Source of the DNA: Okamejei kenojei
Lineage: Eukaryota
Reading direction: 5' to 3'
Length of the DNA stretch: 64,000 nucleotides
NCBI GenBank assembly: GCA_035221665.1
Contig: CM069163.1
Location: 21,266,001-21,330,000, forward strand
This document shows, piece by piece, positions 13,194-25,269 of the stretch. Every line of letters starts with the position of its first letter. The first letter of the stretch is position 1. The translations under genes and the position numbers were made by a program. The notes beneath the pieces are model-generated. The model had not been told where the DNA came from. It saw only the letters and a list, made by a program, of their open reading frames with translations, and made no database searches.

Positions 13194-16100
13194 TTAATGC
13201 CATACTTGATAAACTGACAAAGTAAAAGCTGGAGTTAAGTCCTCACTAGTATTCAAGTTAAATATGACCAAGCAACTTTTTTTAGCTGGTTTTTGAGTCC
13301 CAGTTTTTTTTAATTTTGCATCGCTCTTTGGTTTTACGTTCCAGAGCCTCATCAAAGAATTTGGTTGCAGCCCTTGTGCAATGTGAACTGTCATTTGCAT
13401 TGTCCTAGTCAGCATTAGCTTAATTTATATCAAAGAGAATTTGTTTCAAGAACTCTATCTGTGCTTGAAATGTTTTACTTTGAGCTGAAGCTAGGCTCTA
13501 TGGAATATATCTAAATGTTTTGGGGCCAATTAGGCAATCCCTTGTTTAATCCAAGGAATTTTTTAGTTGGATAAAGAACAAAATTGTTTGGATCTATTTT
13601 GTTCATTCTGATTATGTGCAAACGTTAAGCTAGTTCTGATGTTTATGCTGATGCATATAAGGTCAACAATCTGTCAATAGTGGTAGCATATGTAAAAATA
13701 GAATGAGAGATTATTCCTAAATACCGATCAAAACTATAATTTGCAAATTTTGTGTCCTATTTGGAGGGAACATATTTTTGTTTTTAGCTGCGGGATGTTT
13801 GTGAGATAGATATTGCAGTCCTCTTAGGAATTTGCCATCCTGCTCCCAAAACATAATATCATCTGCAAATTTAGATATCATGTTTTTGAGTCTAAATCTT
13901 AATTATGAATAACAGTAGTCTCGTTATTGAGCAAAACATTAGTATCAATAATAGTAACCATGAATCTACAGGCTTGTTGTTAAGCCTATCTATTTTACTC
14001 CTGTCATTCTGAGAAGAAAATCACCCATACTTACCAAATTATACGTGTGATCAGACCTATGTCAAAACATAATAAGCAAAATGGACTAACCACCTGACAT
14101 CAATCGAGGCACATGGGAGAGGAGCATGCAGCATAGTAAACCATGCAAAGTTCTCCTCATAAATCTTGAGTCACCAGAAGTGGCAATACAGTGGTTTACA
14201 GTCAAGACTGAATGATCCTGGGCCTGTAAATATTGACTCCAAACCCCCTGGCTTCTCATGGCAAGGAAACGATCACCTACTCAGCTGATTAATCAATGTT
14301 CCACATGTTGAATGCTCTTTGGAAGAAGAACAGAGTGGCAGAGTACTATGAGTGGATGAACATTAATGTTCATCAGCAAGAGTGGCTTAGCACCATCAGT
14401 GGCACTGCCCTGAAAGGCATGTCTGCTGGTTTAAATTGTGCCAGTTGGTGCAAAAGGCCACCAAAGTGATACATTTATTTGATTTTTCCCTCATCAATTT
14501 TTATTTTGGAAACGCCTCTGTTGTTAATAGTAATGGTCTGCACAAATCATAGGGACACAAGCTTCCATCATAGAAATAAGGACATCCTTTAGTACCAAAA
14601 AATCAACATAATTATGTAACTCTTACAAGTATATTTTTTATCAGAATAACAGTTCTGATTAAGATGCACAATGTAGCATAGTATCGTTTACTAATTGTAC
14701 CAACCAAGCATACGGTGTCAATACTGGCTTCATGTATATGGGGCATGAGATACATTCTAAGAAATTCACCATTGCAACTTAAGGACTTCATATGCCCATT
14801 AAACATGAAACATTTAAAATTATTTATTTTAAGTAATTATTTCCAGCATTGTAAATGTTTCATGTTTTGAGCAGTACTTGAGTAATTGGAATTATTACCT
14901 GTACGAAATACAGTTAGTATATTGTTGTATTCCAAAAGCCAAACATTGGATAGGACAGTGGCAGTGAAATGGTTTCTAAATACACAGGTTGTTAAAAGTG
15001 TAATTGCTGATAAATATTAGATTTGGATCTTATTTTCCCTATAATTATGCCTGGCATTATCAACAAACATGCTGAGAAATGGATAGATCATCAAATAGAA
15101 CATATGTTTATGGAATTCATAATCTTTCTCCTCATCTATTCCCCCTTCCTTTACTTGTTATTTGCTAAATATCTATATATTGTTTTGGTTGTGTCACTAA
15201 CTTTTCCACAAAACACAAGTGCTATAGTAACTCATTGGGTCAGACAGCATCTGTGCTGTTTGATCTTTACTGAATTTTCCCTTCATTTCTGCAATGCTCT
15301 GACTTTTTTTAAATTTTCCTTTTTTTTTAAATCTTCTCATGGGAGCTGATTATAGGATCTGCAAGTCCACTAAAGTTTCAAAGAAACAGTACATCATAGA
15401 AAGTCCAAGTTCAATTGTTTTTGCAATTATGCATCATATTCTCTACTAATTTTCTAACGACGATTATATAATTTGCATTCCTTTAGTTTACTCTTTATCA
15501 ACTGTTGTTTAAAAGTAGTTTTAAAATCAATTTTCAAGACTTTCTTTAAAAGTAAATACTCAATCTTTTCCCTTCTTTGTTATTTTAAATTCCCCTCTCT
15601 CAGTCATCTCTCCTCTCCTCTGAACACGTACATTATTTCAACAAAGAACCCATCATACTACAGCCAAGATTTCGCTTGGTACAGACATTACATACAGATT
15701 TAATAATTTGATAAGTAAATAAATGAAACTAAGGGGAGTAGTTTTACGGTTCAGTTGCATGGAATGGTATCTAATCAGCCAAATAAAACTGGACTTAGTT
15801 TCCTGTAGAGACTTTTTGCCCACTGTCCCAGCCAACCAACACTTTTTTGGGCATGATGCAGAAGATCGACCAAATTGACCCCCCTGCCAGATGGTCTGGC
15901 TAAGTTTAGCAAGGCCTCAGCAATAGATAGGCCTCCGCCAGCTGGGCCTATGCCTGGAACTCGTTGACAGCTCTTGACAAGAGGCAAAGCTGGGGATGAA
16001 TCTTTGCCTTTGTTATTCTTAATGCTTTTCAAATAATTTTCAAATGATTAAGATCATTGTAAATAATTTCAAATCCTGTGCCAATTCTGACTGAACTAGG

Positions 16101-16548
16101 CTTGGACAGGTGGATTCCAGCAAAATGCTGGAAAAATCCCAGCAAGGAACAGCACCATTCCTTGTACTGTAGGTCTTGGATTTATAACAAATGACGCTTA
16201 CGTCCGGACCATACTTACCTGGGAGGTTGCTGCAGCCAGTATGATTCATCCCCATGTTATTTATTCTCTTCTCTGGCCACCAGTTAACTATATGCAGCAG
16301 CTACTTACTCGCCGTTTATAATGTTCTGCATTTTGTGTTGTTGGACAACCAAACATTATTATTGTTATTTTTTTTATTAGCCAACTGTTAGCAGATTCTT
16401 ATTCAGTTCCCCAAGGCTTTCTGACAGCAGACTACTCTTGGCTAGAAGATCACAGGTCAACATTTGCATCTCCAGAATCCAATTGGGCTTGAGAAAATTT
16501 CAGCATTACATGGCTCGTTGGCGGCCTAACTGCCAATAGTTAACTTGG

Positions 16549-16598
16549 GGAGATGCAAGTCTGAAGAAGGGTCTCGACCCGAAACGTCGCCTATCTCC
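16549..16598 (+). ncRNA. Type I hammerhead ribozyme motif with intact core
   Basis: CTGAAGA 16561-67; stem II GGGT-CTCG-ACCC; GAAAC 16581-85; GTC 16586-88. Stem I GGAGAT (16549-54) pairs with ATCTCC (16593-98). Confidence 0.72.
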
Positions 16599-16654
16599 TT
16601 CGCTCCTTAGATGCTGCTGCACCCGCTGAGTTTCTCCAGCATTTTGTGTAACCC
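16549..16654 (+). mobile_element. 106-bp Penelope-pLTR-derived mini-element with 16-bp target-site duplication
   Basis: CCAATAGTTAACTTGG repeated exactly at 16533-16548 and 16655-16670; insert is homologous to the pLTR ends at 13061-13155 and 18831-18920. Confidence 0.85.
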
Positions 16655-17580
16655 CCAATAGTTAACTTGGACTTGTTTCTCTCCATTAGTAGTGCTGAAG
16701 TTTTCTTCTATGCTCCTTCATCGATTTGTCACAGCTTCCAGCACAGTTACTGTCTAGTATCAAATTCTAATCCTCAAGAAAATGAGGTGCACTTATCTGC
16801 AGCATTGTGTCTCTCTGTGGTACTCCATACTGATGTTTCTTGGGGTGCTGGTGTCATAGATTTAGATATTTCAAATGTATTGTTGCTGTCTGTTATTTGA
16901 CAAATGAGGACCTAGCTTTTGACCACAAGAGAAAATAGTTGGTGAAAGACATGATCCAAATCCTCTGAACGACAGTAATCCTGGCAGAGATCATCATCTC
17001 CAATAATCTCTGCAGAGAGTCAATGGTAACGATTATATCATCCTCGTAGCACTGCACAGTTCAAAATACATTCCCAGATCCATTATCTTGTCTTTGCCGT
17101 CCACTGGTTAACTATAGGTGCCATGGCAATCGGCACACGCATTGTTCACTCCTGCAAGATCTTCAAATGAGAGCCTCGGTAGTTGTGGAGTAGAGCAACA
17201 TGGCAGGAAGCAAAACGTGAACTACATGGTCAGGACTTATTTGGCAAACAGCTTATTCCGAAGAATGTTTCCCTTCTGAGCTGTGCCAACAGTTGTTATG
17301 CAGTTGGCCAAAAAACTGCTGAGTGCCAAGCCAACAGATGATAAACAGCACTATTAGGCAAAATGCATCTTTAGAGTTTATGAGTCATCTACACAAAGCA
17401 AGATGCAACATTTTGCTTAAAATAATTCTAATAGTGAGCGGCCACAATTAAAGTTTAAATATTAAAGGAGAGATTTAGAATCGATCCTTTTGAAATTTGT
17501 AACAATCAAATCTTAATAAAAAGTTTGTAATCTGAAGAAAAATAACTCGGGAGTTACAACCGTAGGAGATGCAATACCTG

Positions 17581-18960
17581 TTCCTATACCTCCTCCCTCG
17601 ACTCTGTCCGGGGACCCCAACAGTCCTTCCAGGCTAGGCAGAGGTTCACCTGCACCTCCCCCAAACTCATCTCCTGTAAACGTTGTTCAAAGTGTGGACT
17701 CCTATACATAGGCGAGACTAAACGTAGATTGGGCAATCGTTTCGCTGAACACCTTCGCTCACTCAATAGACAAAAGGTGCAGGAGTAGGCCTTTCGGCCC
17801 TTCGAGCCAGTGTGATTCAATATGGTCATGGCTGATCATCCACAATCAGTACCCCATTCCTGCTTTCTCCCCATATCTCCTGACTATGAGCCCTATCTAG
17901 CTCTCTCTTGAAAGTATCCAGAGAACCGGCCTCCACCGCCCTCTGAGGCAGAAAATTCCACAGACTTGCAACACTCTGTGTGAAAAAGTGTTTCCTCATC
18001 TCCGTTCTAAATGGCTTACCCCTTATTCTTAAACTGTGGCCCCTGATTCTGGACTCCCACAACATCGGGAACATGTTTCCTCCCTCTAACGTGTCCAAAC
18101 CCTTAATAATCTTATATGTTTCAATAAGATCCCCTCTCATCCTTCTAAATTCCAAAGTATACAAGCCCAGCTGCTGCATTCTCTCAGCATATGACAGCCA
18201 TGCCATCCCGGGAATTAATCTTGTGAACTTACGCTGCTCTCCCTCAATAGCAAGAACTTCCTTCCTCAAATTTGGAGAAACAAAACTGCACACAATACTC
18301 CAGATGTGGTCTCACTAGGGCCCTGTACAACTGCAGAAGGACCTCTTTGCTCCGAAACACAACTCATCTTGCTATGAAGGCCAACATGCCATTCGCTTTC
18401 TTCACTGCCTGCTGTACCGGGACCTGGACCTACCTGATCTCCTGGTTGCCAAACACTAATTCCTCTTCCTATTCCCACGCAGACCTTTGTGTCCTTGGCC
18501 TCCTCCATTGTCGGAGTGAAGCCAAATGCAAATTGGAGGAACAGCACCTCGTATTTCACTTGGGCAGCTCACAACCCAGCAATATGAATATTGATTTATC
18601 TTACTTCGTTACCCTTGCATCGCCTCTTTCTCCATCTCTCCCCCACCCGTTGTACTAATTTCAAAGTTGTCTTGTTGAGTCTCATTGTATGTAACTCGTT
18701 TTCACCTAGCCCACAGCTAACAATGGCCTGTTTCTTTTATCATCGCTACTTTTTTGCATATATGTTATTCATTTCTTCTATATTTCTCTCTATATCACTT
18801 TATCTCTCGTTTCCTTTACCCCTGACTCAATCTGAAGAAGGGTCTCGACCCAAAACGTCACCATTCCTTTTCTCCAGAGATGTTGCCTGGCCCGCTGATT
18901 TACTCCAGCTTTTTGTGTCTATCTTTGGTTTAAACCAGCATCTGCAGTTCCTTCCTACAC
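17581..18960 (+). mobile_element. Second Penelope-like 3' fragment (GIY-YIG and pLTR), split by a CR1 insertion
   Basis: 17581-17763 and 18418-18960 are colinear with 12600-13190 (LLYIGETKRRL; CKLEEQHLVF). The hammerhead at 18832 has GAAA changed to AAAA. Confidence 0.85.
17764..18417 (-). mobile_element. CR1 LINE 3' fragment nested in the Penelope element
   Basis: ORF 17826..18293 (FTRLIPG..RMRGDLIETYKI..RGHSL); 3' tail GGCCTACTCCTGCACC on the minus strand. Confidence 0.9.
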
Positions 18961-19231
18961 TCTAAATTGCGGTTCCTGTTTTTATGTGTTATCTATCATA
19001 CTCAATTCAATACAATATATGTGTCTTTGTTGAAATGAATGATGCACAGCTCTGGATATTTGTTTTGAGAGAAGAATAAGGAATAATGCAATACATACAG
19101 AATTAAACTACATTATAGATGTAGTACATTACAGTATATAATGGTATTGTAACAGTCTGCATTGAAATAAGTTAGGGATGATAAGTGATGACAAATAGTA
19201 AGTGTTATACATTGATGCATATGACCATAAC

Positions 19232-19965
19232 AAATCATAAGATCATGAGTTATAAGATCATAAGTGATAGGAGTAGAATTAGGGCATTCAGTCCATTAAG
19301 TCTACTCCACCATTCAATGAATAATTAATGAATACAAAATTTTATTAGCCAAGTATGTGTATATATATAAAGAATTAGAATTAGGATACCTCCGCAGGAA
19401 GTATATCCTCTGTTGGACCATTTTGACTGTGGAGTCGATGGTGACCTCCCATTTAAGGTCCCTGGAGATGATGGTTCCGAGGAATTTAAATGACTCCACA
19501 GTTGTGACTGTAGTGTTGTTGATGATGAGTGGGGGGAGGGGATGGGGAGCTCTCCTAAAGTCTACAATCAATTCCACTGTCTTATTGAGCTCCACATTGT
19601 TGCGATGGCACCAGGACGCCAGCTGTGTCACCTCCTGTCTGTAGGCAGATTCCTCCCCATCCTGGATCAGTCCAATCAGGGTTGTGTCGTCCGCAAACTT
19701 AAGCTAGACAGGGGAGTCTGGATGTGCAGTCATTGGTGTAGAGAGAGTAAAGGAGAGTGGGGAGTACACAGCCTTGCGGTGCTCCTGTGCTGAGGGTCAG
19801 CGGGTCCGAGATGTACATTGGCTGATCTATTTCTCCCTCCTAACCCCATTCTCCTGCCTTCTCCCCATATCCTCTGATACCCGTACTAATCTTTGCCTTA
19901 AATATATTCACTGACCTTGCCTTCACAGCCTTCTGTGGCAAAGAATTCCACAGATTCACCACCCT
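19232..19965 (-). mobile_element. CR1 3' end interrupted by a Rex1/Babar fragment
   Basis: 19232-19318 and 19818-19965 join to match the 3' UTR at 5002-5230 (ccattcaat|..tggctgatctat). Confidence 0.75.
19319..19817 (-). mobile_element. Rex1/Babar-type LINE RT fragment
   Basis: ORF 19314..19631: WCHRNNVELNKTVELIVDFRR..ESFKFLGTIISRDLKW..QQRIYFLRR. Confidence 0.8.
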
Positions 19966-20853
19966 GTGAATCCAATCTGCTGTGGCAGCATCCCAATTGT
20001 AGCGTCAAATATTTGCACATCAAAGATAGCATCTGCATTAACAAATGTGTACCAACGCATTCAAGATCCTGACATTGAATCAGCTATGCAGAGGAGTCCT
20101 GATATTTTCCTTATAGAGTTAACACCAAAGATCCAACTTAACACCAACAGATAATCATTATTATCAAATGACATCTAAGGCAAATTACATTGAGCAAAGA
20201 GCTGTGGTTAAGCGATTGGTTTAATGGTTACAATTCCATTTTAAAAATTTCCATGAATCATCAATTAACTCCATTTGTTCATCACCCTATGGTTTCTTTC
20301 AAAAAGCCACGACGGCATTTCTTCATTTCAAGGAGTCATACAGCTCTATGTTACCATGGTTAGACACAATGCAGAGCTTCCTTTGGTTTACTCCCCCCCG
20401 CCCCTCAAATAGACAGCAATGTAATACGACTTAATTTTTCTTTCAACCATGTTTAACTGAGTTAAACCAACATTTGCTGGAACCAAACCATCAGCTGTTA
20501 AATGGGTTTCGTTCTGAGGGAAGATATTAGTCATTCTTCATGACTGACTGCACTCCCTTCTCTGTCTCATGCACCACTCCAGCAGTGATGCTTTTAGTGG
20601 TATAATTTTAGATGATTCACCAGAGACTGTCTGGAGTCTAATTTATCCTTGGCCAAGTATTGAAATTGGATATTGCTTAGAGGCTTATGCTATTTACATG
20701 GCTATGTTGATAGCAACAGCTGTATGCATCAATAAATATTATATGGAGAAATGCATCTCTGGCTGTTCGTATTAAATCTTTCTGTAATAGGGACAGAGTG
20801 CTCTGAAAGTCATTTTGTTGGCTTCATTAGAATAAACATTGATGAACAAGCAA

Positions 20854-20988
20854 NNNNNNNNNNNNNNNNNNNNNNNNNNNNNNNNNNNNNNNNNNNNNNN
20901 NNNNNNNNNNNNNNNNNNNNNNNNNNNNNNNNNNNNNNNNNNNNNNNNNNNNNNNNNNNNNNNNNNNNNNNNNNNNNNNNNNNNNNNN
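20854..20988. other. Assembly gap (135 N)
   Basis: N run. Confidence 1.
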
Positions 20989-22590
20989 CTCTGCGAAAAC
21001 CCGACGCCAAAACGGTGACATGTTTAAATATTCCGGTAGAGATTTACCTTATGATTTCAAAAATCCACTCCTCTGTAAATTTGGTTTCCCGAGTTTTTTA
21101 ACCAATGTTGATCACCAAACTGACATTTTTTTTTCAAATCTAACCACTGGCCAACTGATGATGTCACAATGCCTTTGCTCGTGGCCCACCTGGCTTGTGA
21201 CCCCCCCCCCCGGCTCTGGATTAAAGTAGCTGCTGTCAATGCATAGGCGCACGGTTTTCCGCGAGTTACGTCACCACACCCCGCCCCCCCCCCCCCCCCC
21301 CCCCCCGTTCTTCAAGGCTTGTTTTTGAAGAACTTGAAAAAACCACGTTGTCTTCTTGCACGTGCTGCCGGGAGCGAGAGAGCGAGCGATTATTGCATTC
21401 GAACACCAGCCCTTCACCTCCGATGATGCGCCTCACCCCTCAAACTCTCTCCCCCCCGCTCCCGCTCTGCCCCCCTCACACTCCCTCTTGATTGATTAAG
21501 GTTTATTTAAATAGGGACAGATACAAAAACATAGATACACTTGAAACAGTCATCTGATGTATGCATCATAGTGTTTTTAGCCAAAGGTAATTCGCAACAC
21601 TTGGCCCCTGTAAAACAGATTAACATTATTAAAAAATAGGAAATGGAAATGAGATAAAAAATGGAAAAGAGAAAAAGACATACAGATGTGAGAACAGATT
21701 GTTGAATTAGCCACAATTTAGTGTTTCTTTTGAATGTGACATATGTAGGGATACATTTCAAGTGGTCTGGCAGTGAGTTCCATAATTTTGTCCCTTTTAC
21801 TGAAAAGGCAGTTTGAGCAAAAGATGTTCTGCAGAAGGGGATACTACAATTGCCTTTTGACACTGCTCGGGTGGTGGATCTGGTACCACTTTGCAGTCTT
21901 GTTATTGTTTTGCACAGCAGCTGGGGAGCAGCGCCATTTAGGCACCTGAAGACCAATTTAACTAATCTCTCCCCCCTCTCTCTCCCCCCTCTCTCTCCCC
22001 CCTCTCTCTCCCCCCTCTCTCTCCCCCCTCTCTTGCCCCCCCTCTTGCCCCTCCCTCCCTGTGTCCCTCTCTTCCTCTCTGTGTCCCTCTCTCTGCCTCT
22101 GTGTCCCTCTCAGTGTCCCTCTCCCCACCACCCTCCTCCGCACCTCTGCTCTCCCCACTCCTCTCTCCCCTCTACTCTTCCTCCCCCTCTCCCCCCTCTT
22201 CTCCCCCTCTCTCTCCCCTCTCTCTCCCCCTCTCTCTCCCCCCTCTCTCTCCCCCCCTCCCCCCTCTCCCTCCCCACTCTCCCCCCCTCTCCTCCCTCTC
22301 CCCCCCCCTCTCCCCCCCTCTCACACCCCTCTCATCCCCCTCTCTCCCCCCCCCCTTCTCCTCACTCCCCACTCTCTCCCCCCTTCTCCCCACTCCCCAC
22401 TCTCCCTCCCACCTCCCCCCTCCACCTCCCTCCTCCCCCTCCCCCCCTCTTCCACCTCTCCCCTCCTCCTCCCTACCTCCCCTCTTCCCCCGCTCTCACC
22501 ACCCCCCCCCCCCACCCCCGGTGTGTGCGGGGGATGGTTAGTGTGTGTGTGACGACACAGGCATCACCACCCAGAAAATAATACGGTCCC
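20989..22590. repeat. Unclassified CpG-rich interspersed repeat with a long C/T low-complexity tract (21965-22520)
   Basis: Abrupt shift in GC and CpG content, C runs and CT microsatellite; interrupted by a LINE tail. Confidence 0.55.
21490..21962 (-). mobile_element. CR1/L2-group LINE 3' end (ORF2 C-terminus and UTR)
   Basis: ORF 21507..21956: VFRCLNGAAP..AFSVKGTKLWNSLP..FKRNTKLWL. Confidence 0.75.
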
Positions 22591-22594
22591 AATA

Positions 22595-23605
22595 AGTAGA
22601 TAAATTTCAGGCTGGAGAGACGTAACAAGCAAAGTAGCCTCGGGGTTGGTTCTTGGCCCTCAATTGTTTACTATTTGCATTAATGTCCTGAAGAACTTAA
22701 TGTTTTCAAGTTTGCGGATGATACAAACATAGATGTAAAGGCATGTTGTGATGAGAACGTTGTTATTCTGTAACAGGATATAGATAGATTGAGTGTTTAG
22801 ACATGAACCTGACATGGAGTTTAATGTGAGGAAGTGTTAGGTCATGCCCAGGTAAAAGGGGTCATGCCCAGTTAAAAATAATTAAAAGGTGGATTGTTAC
22901 CAAAGCGCGAGAAATGAATGAAATTCCAAAGGAACCAGGCGTTCTCATGCATGAATCACAAAAGGTTAGCAAGAAAGTCCCACAAGTAATTGATAAATGG
23001 CACGTTGGCCTTTATTATTGCTAAGGGGTTGGAGTTTACGATTAGGTATTTTTGTTGCAGTTGTTCGAGATGCTGGTGAGGCCACACCATGCACTGTTTC
23101 TGATCCCTTAATCAAAAAATAATACAGCGGCATTGAAGACAATCCGAAGAAGATACACCAAATTGTCTTCTGTAAATTGTCCCTAGTGTGTGGGAAAAAG
23201 AGAATGTGATCGCTGGTCGGCATGGGCTCGGTGGGCCGTAGGACCTGTATTCATGTTAAAAACTAAAACTAAGCTGAACTAACGGGTGGGGGTTTCCCCC
23301 ATCACATTTAAATGGGGACATAAGAGGCCAATCATTTAAAACTGAAGCCATAGAAATGTATTCTCTCATGGGCTAGTGAATTTGGGGTTTTCGCTGTCCC
23401 CAAAGGTGGTGGAAATCAGATCGTGTGATATATTTATGGTGAAGATTGATAAATGTTTTAAACTCGGGGGAATTGATGTTTTGGGAGAAATGGTACAGAA
23501 AATGAGTTGAAACCAGCAGAGAACAGCCATGATCATATTGCATGGTGGCTCAGGCATGAGGGGCCTGTGGACCTTCTCCTTCTCCTACTTTCCTGTGTTC
23601 TTGTG
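22595..23605 (+). mobile_element. Degenerate CR1 fragment containing a SINE 3' piece (about 23170-23275)
   Basis: aagtttgcggatgatacaaa (KFADDT); CR1 3' UTR cagccatgatcatattg; tgtaaattgtccctagtgtg is SINE sequence. Confidence 0.7.
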
Positions 23606-24337
23606 TCCAAAATATTCCAAATTAGCTACAGATTTCATCTGATTTAGCACCATAACATAGATGTGGTCAAAATGCATCTATTTTCTTTTCAAAAACAACT
23701 GAATACAGATGCAAATTGACACAAAAACTATTGTTACTGCTATACTTCAGCCAATCCAATCCATGAACATGCACATTTTAAAATAGCAAATTCCAAATGA
23801 TTCTGCAGTTTTGGGAGCTCAATCTGCCAAAATGTTCCTCTGTTGGATTTCCCATTGGCACTGGGTAAATGTGTTAAATCCAGCACCAGGTTATTTCAAT
23901 GAGAATTGTAGGAATGTGGAAAAGAGAGCAAAGGGGAGGTAAATGCCTTTATTGACAGTTTTATTTGTTTTTTAAATCTTTTTAAATTTTTTTAAACATT
24001 TTTTTTGTGAATTGTGCTTCATTATTAAATGTATTATGTGACAGTAACATTTATTGGGATGTAAACTTTCAGATTCGATAACTGGTAAAGCAAAAGACAG
24101 GAAATTGGCTGACTGTCAGATACTTTTAGGGGCGTTATGGAGTGGTGTTTCTTCCCTCAGGTCAAGTTGACTGGAGTCCATGATACATGATCTCATGAAC
24201 TTGTGTATGGCTTTCACATCTGGATGAAATAAGTTTGTGAGGTGACAATGGGTGACAATTGCAAGTTGCTTACATAGGCCATCACCTTTCACATGTGTGG
24301 TCTATCTAAACACATCATCTTTTATTTTATCTCTAAG

Positions 24338-24391
24338 GGTTTTCCAGGAGATATTGGACCACCAGGGCAAAATGGTCCAGAAGGCCAAAAG
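24338..24391 (+). CDS. Collagen exon, 54 bp: GFPGDIGPPGQNGPEGQK
   Basis: Acceptor ttttatctctaag, donor gtgagt; GFPGDIG motif typical of collagens XXIV/XXVII. Confidence 0.95.
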
Positions 24392-24652
24392 GTGAGTAGA
24401 TTTATATGGCTTTTCCATTCCGACAAACAATTAGAGAACTAAAACAATGTCCTGACTTCAATATTTGGTTATCTTTCAAAAAAGTGTCCTTACTTGACAA
24501 ACAGTACTTGTATTTTTATAAATACCTCACTAATTATTTAAAATAGTAACAAATGCTGGAAGACTGCAATGTGGAAAGTCAGATGTGGTGGCTGCAGTAG
24601 TTATTCCCTTACAAAGATAAACTACATTTCAGTTTCTTTATTTTGTTTACAG

Positions 24653-24706
24653 GGGAAACCTGGAGCACGAGGTCTACCTGGACCACAGGGCATAGGTGGT
24701 CGAGAG
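24653..24706 (+). CDS. Collagen exon, 54 bp: GKPGARGLPGPQGIGGRE
   Basis: Acceptor ttttgtttacag, donor gtaagt. Confidence 0.95.
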
Positions 24707-24819
24707 GTAAGTCTTGAGAGAAAACTATATTGGTAAGTAAAGAGTGGGAATAATTGGATCCTTCTCAAGTTGATAGGATGGGGCACCATAGGGCTTGGTT
24801 ATTCACAGTCCCGGATCAA

Positions 24820-24962
24820 TGAGGTTTGTAGATTAATTGGTTTTGGTAAAATTGTAAATTGTCCCTAGTGTGTTGGATAGTGTTAGTGTACAGGGTGATC
24901 GGTGTCAGTGCGGACTCAGTGGGCCGAGGGCCTGTTTTTGTGCTGTCTCTCTAAAGTCTAAA
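24820..24962 (+). mobile_element. HE1-like SINE 3' fragment
   Basis: tgtaaattgtccctagtgtg..gtgggccgagggcctgttt..ctctaaa, homologous to the full copy at 36481-36790. Confidence 0.75.
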
Positions 24963-25224
24963 TAGTATTTATAGCAGGATATTTAAAAAAAAATAGCAAC
25001 TCAGGACAACAGACATGTTTCCCAATATATGGAAATAAATTTCTGGTTTCATCATTCCAATTAACAAAGACTATGCAGGTGAGTTAATGCCGATAATCCT
25101 CCTATTGTGGTTATTTTAGCATGTCCACGGGGTAAGATGCCTTTGAAATAAAAATGTTAACGCGTATTACAATAACCAGTGCATATTATTAATTGACATT
25201 TGCTTTTCACATGCTTTATTAAAG

Positions 25225-25269
25225 GGGGATGAAGGACCAAGTGGACCTTTGGGAGATCCAGGCCCTGAG
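25225..25269 (+). CDS. Collagen exon, 45 bp: GDEGPSGPLGDPGPE
   Basis: Acceptor ctttattaaag, donor gtatgc, five triplets. Confidence 0.92.

Noticed and set aside
16212-16223. ATACTTACCTGG, identical to the U1 snRNA 5' end or a perfect minus-strand donor
   Set aside because: The match stops after 12 nt with no U1 body, and I found no supporting antisense exon structure
21850-22581. Proline-rich ORFs
   Set aside because: Artefacts of the C/T low-complexity tract
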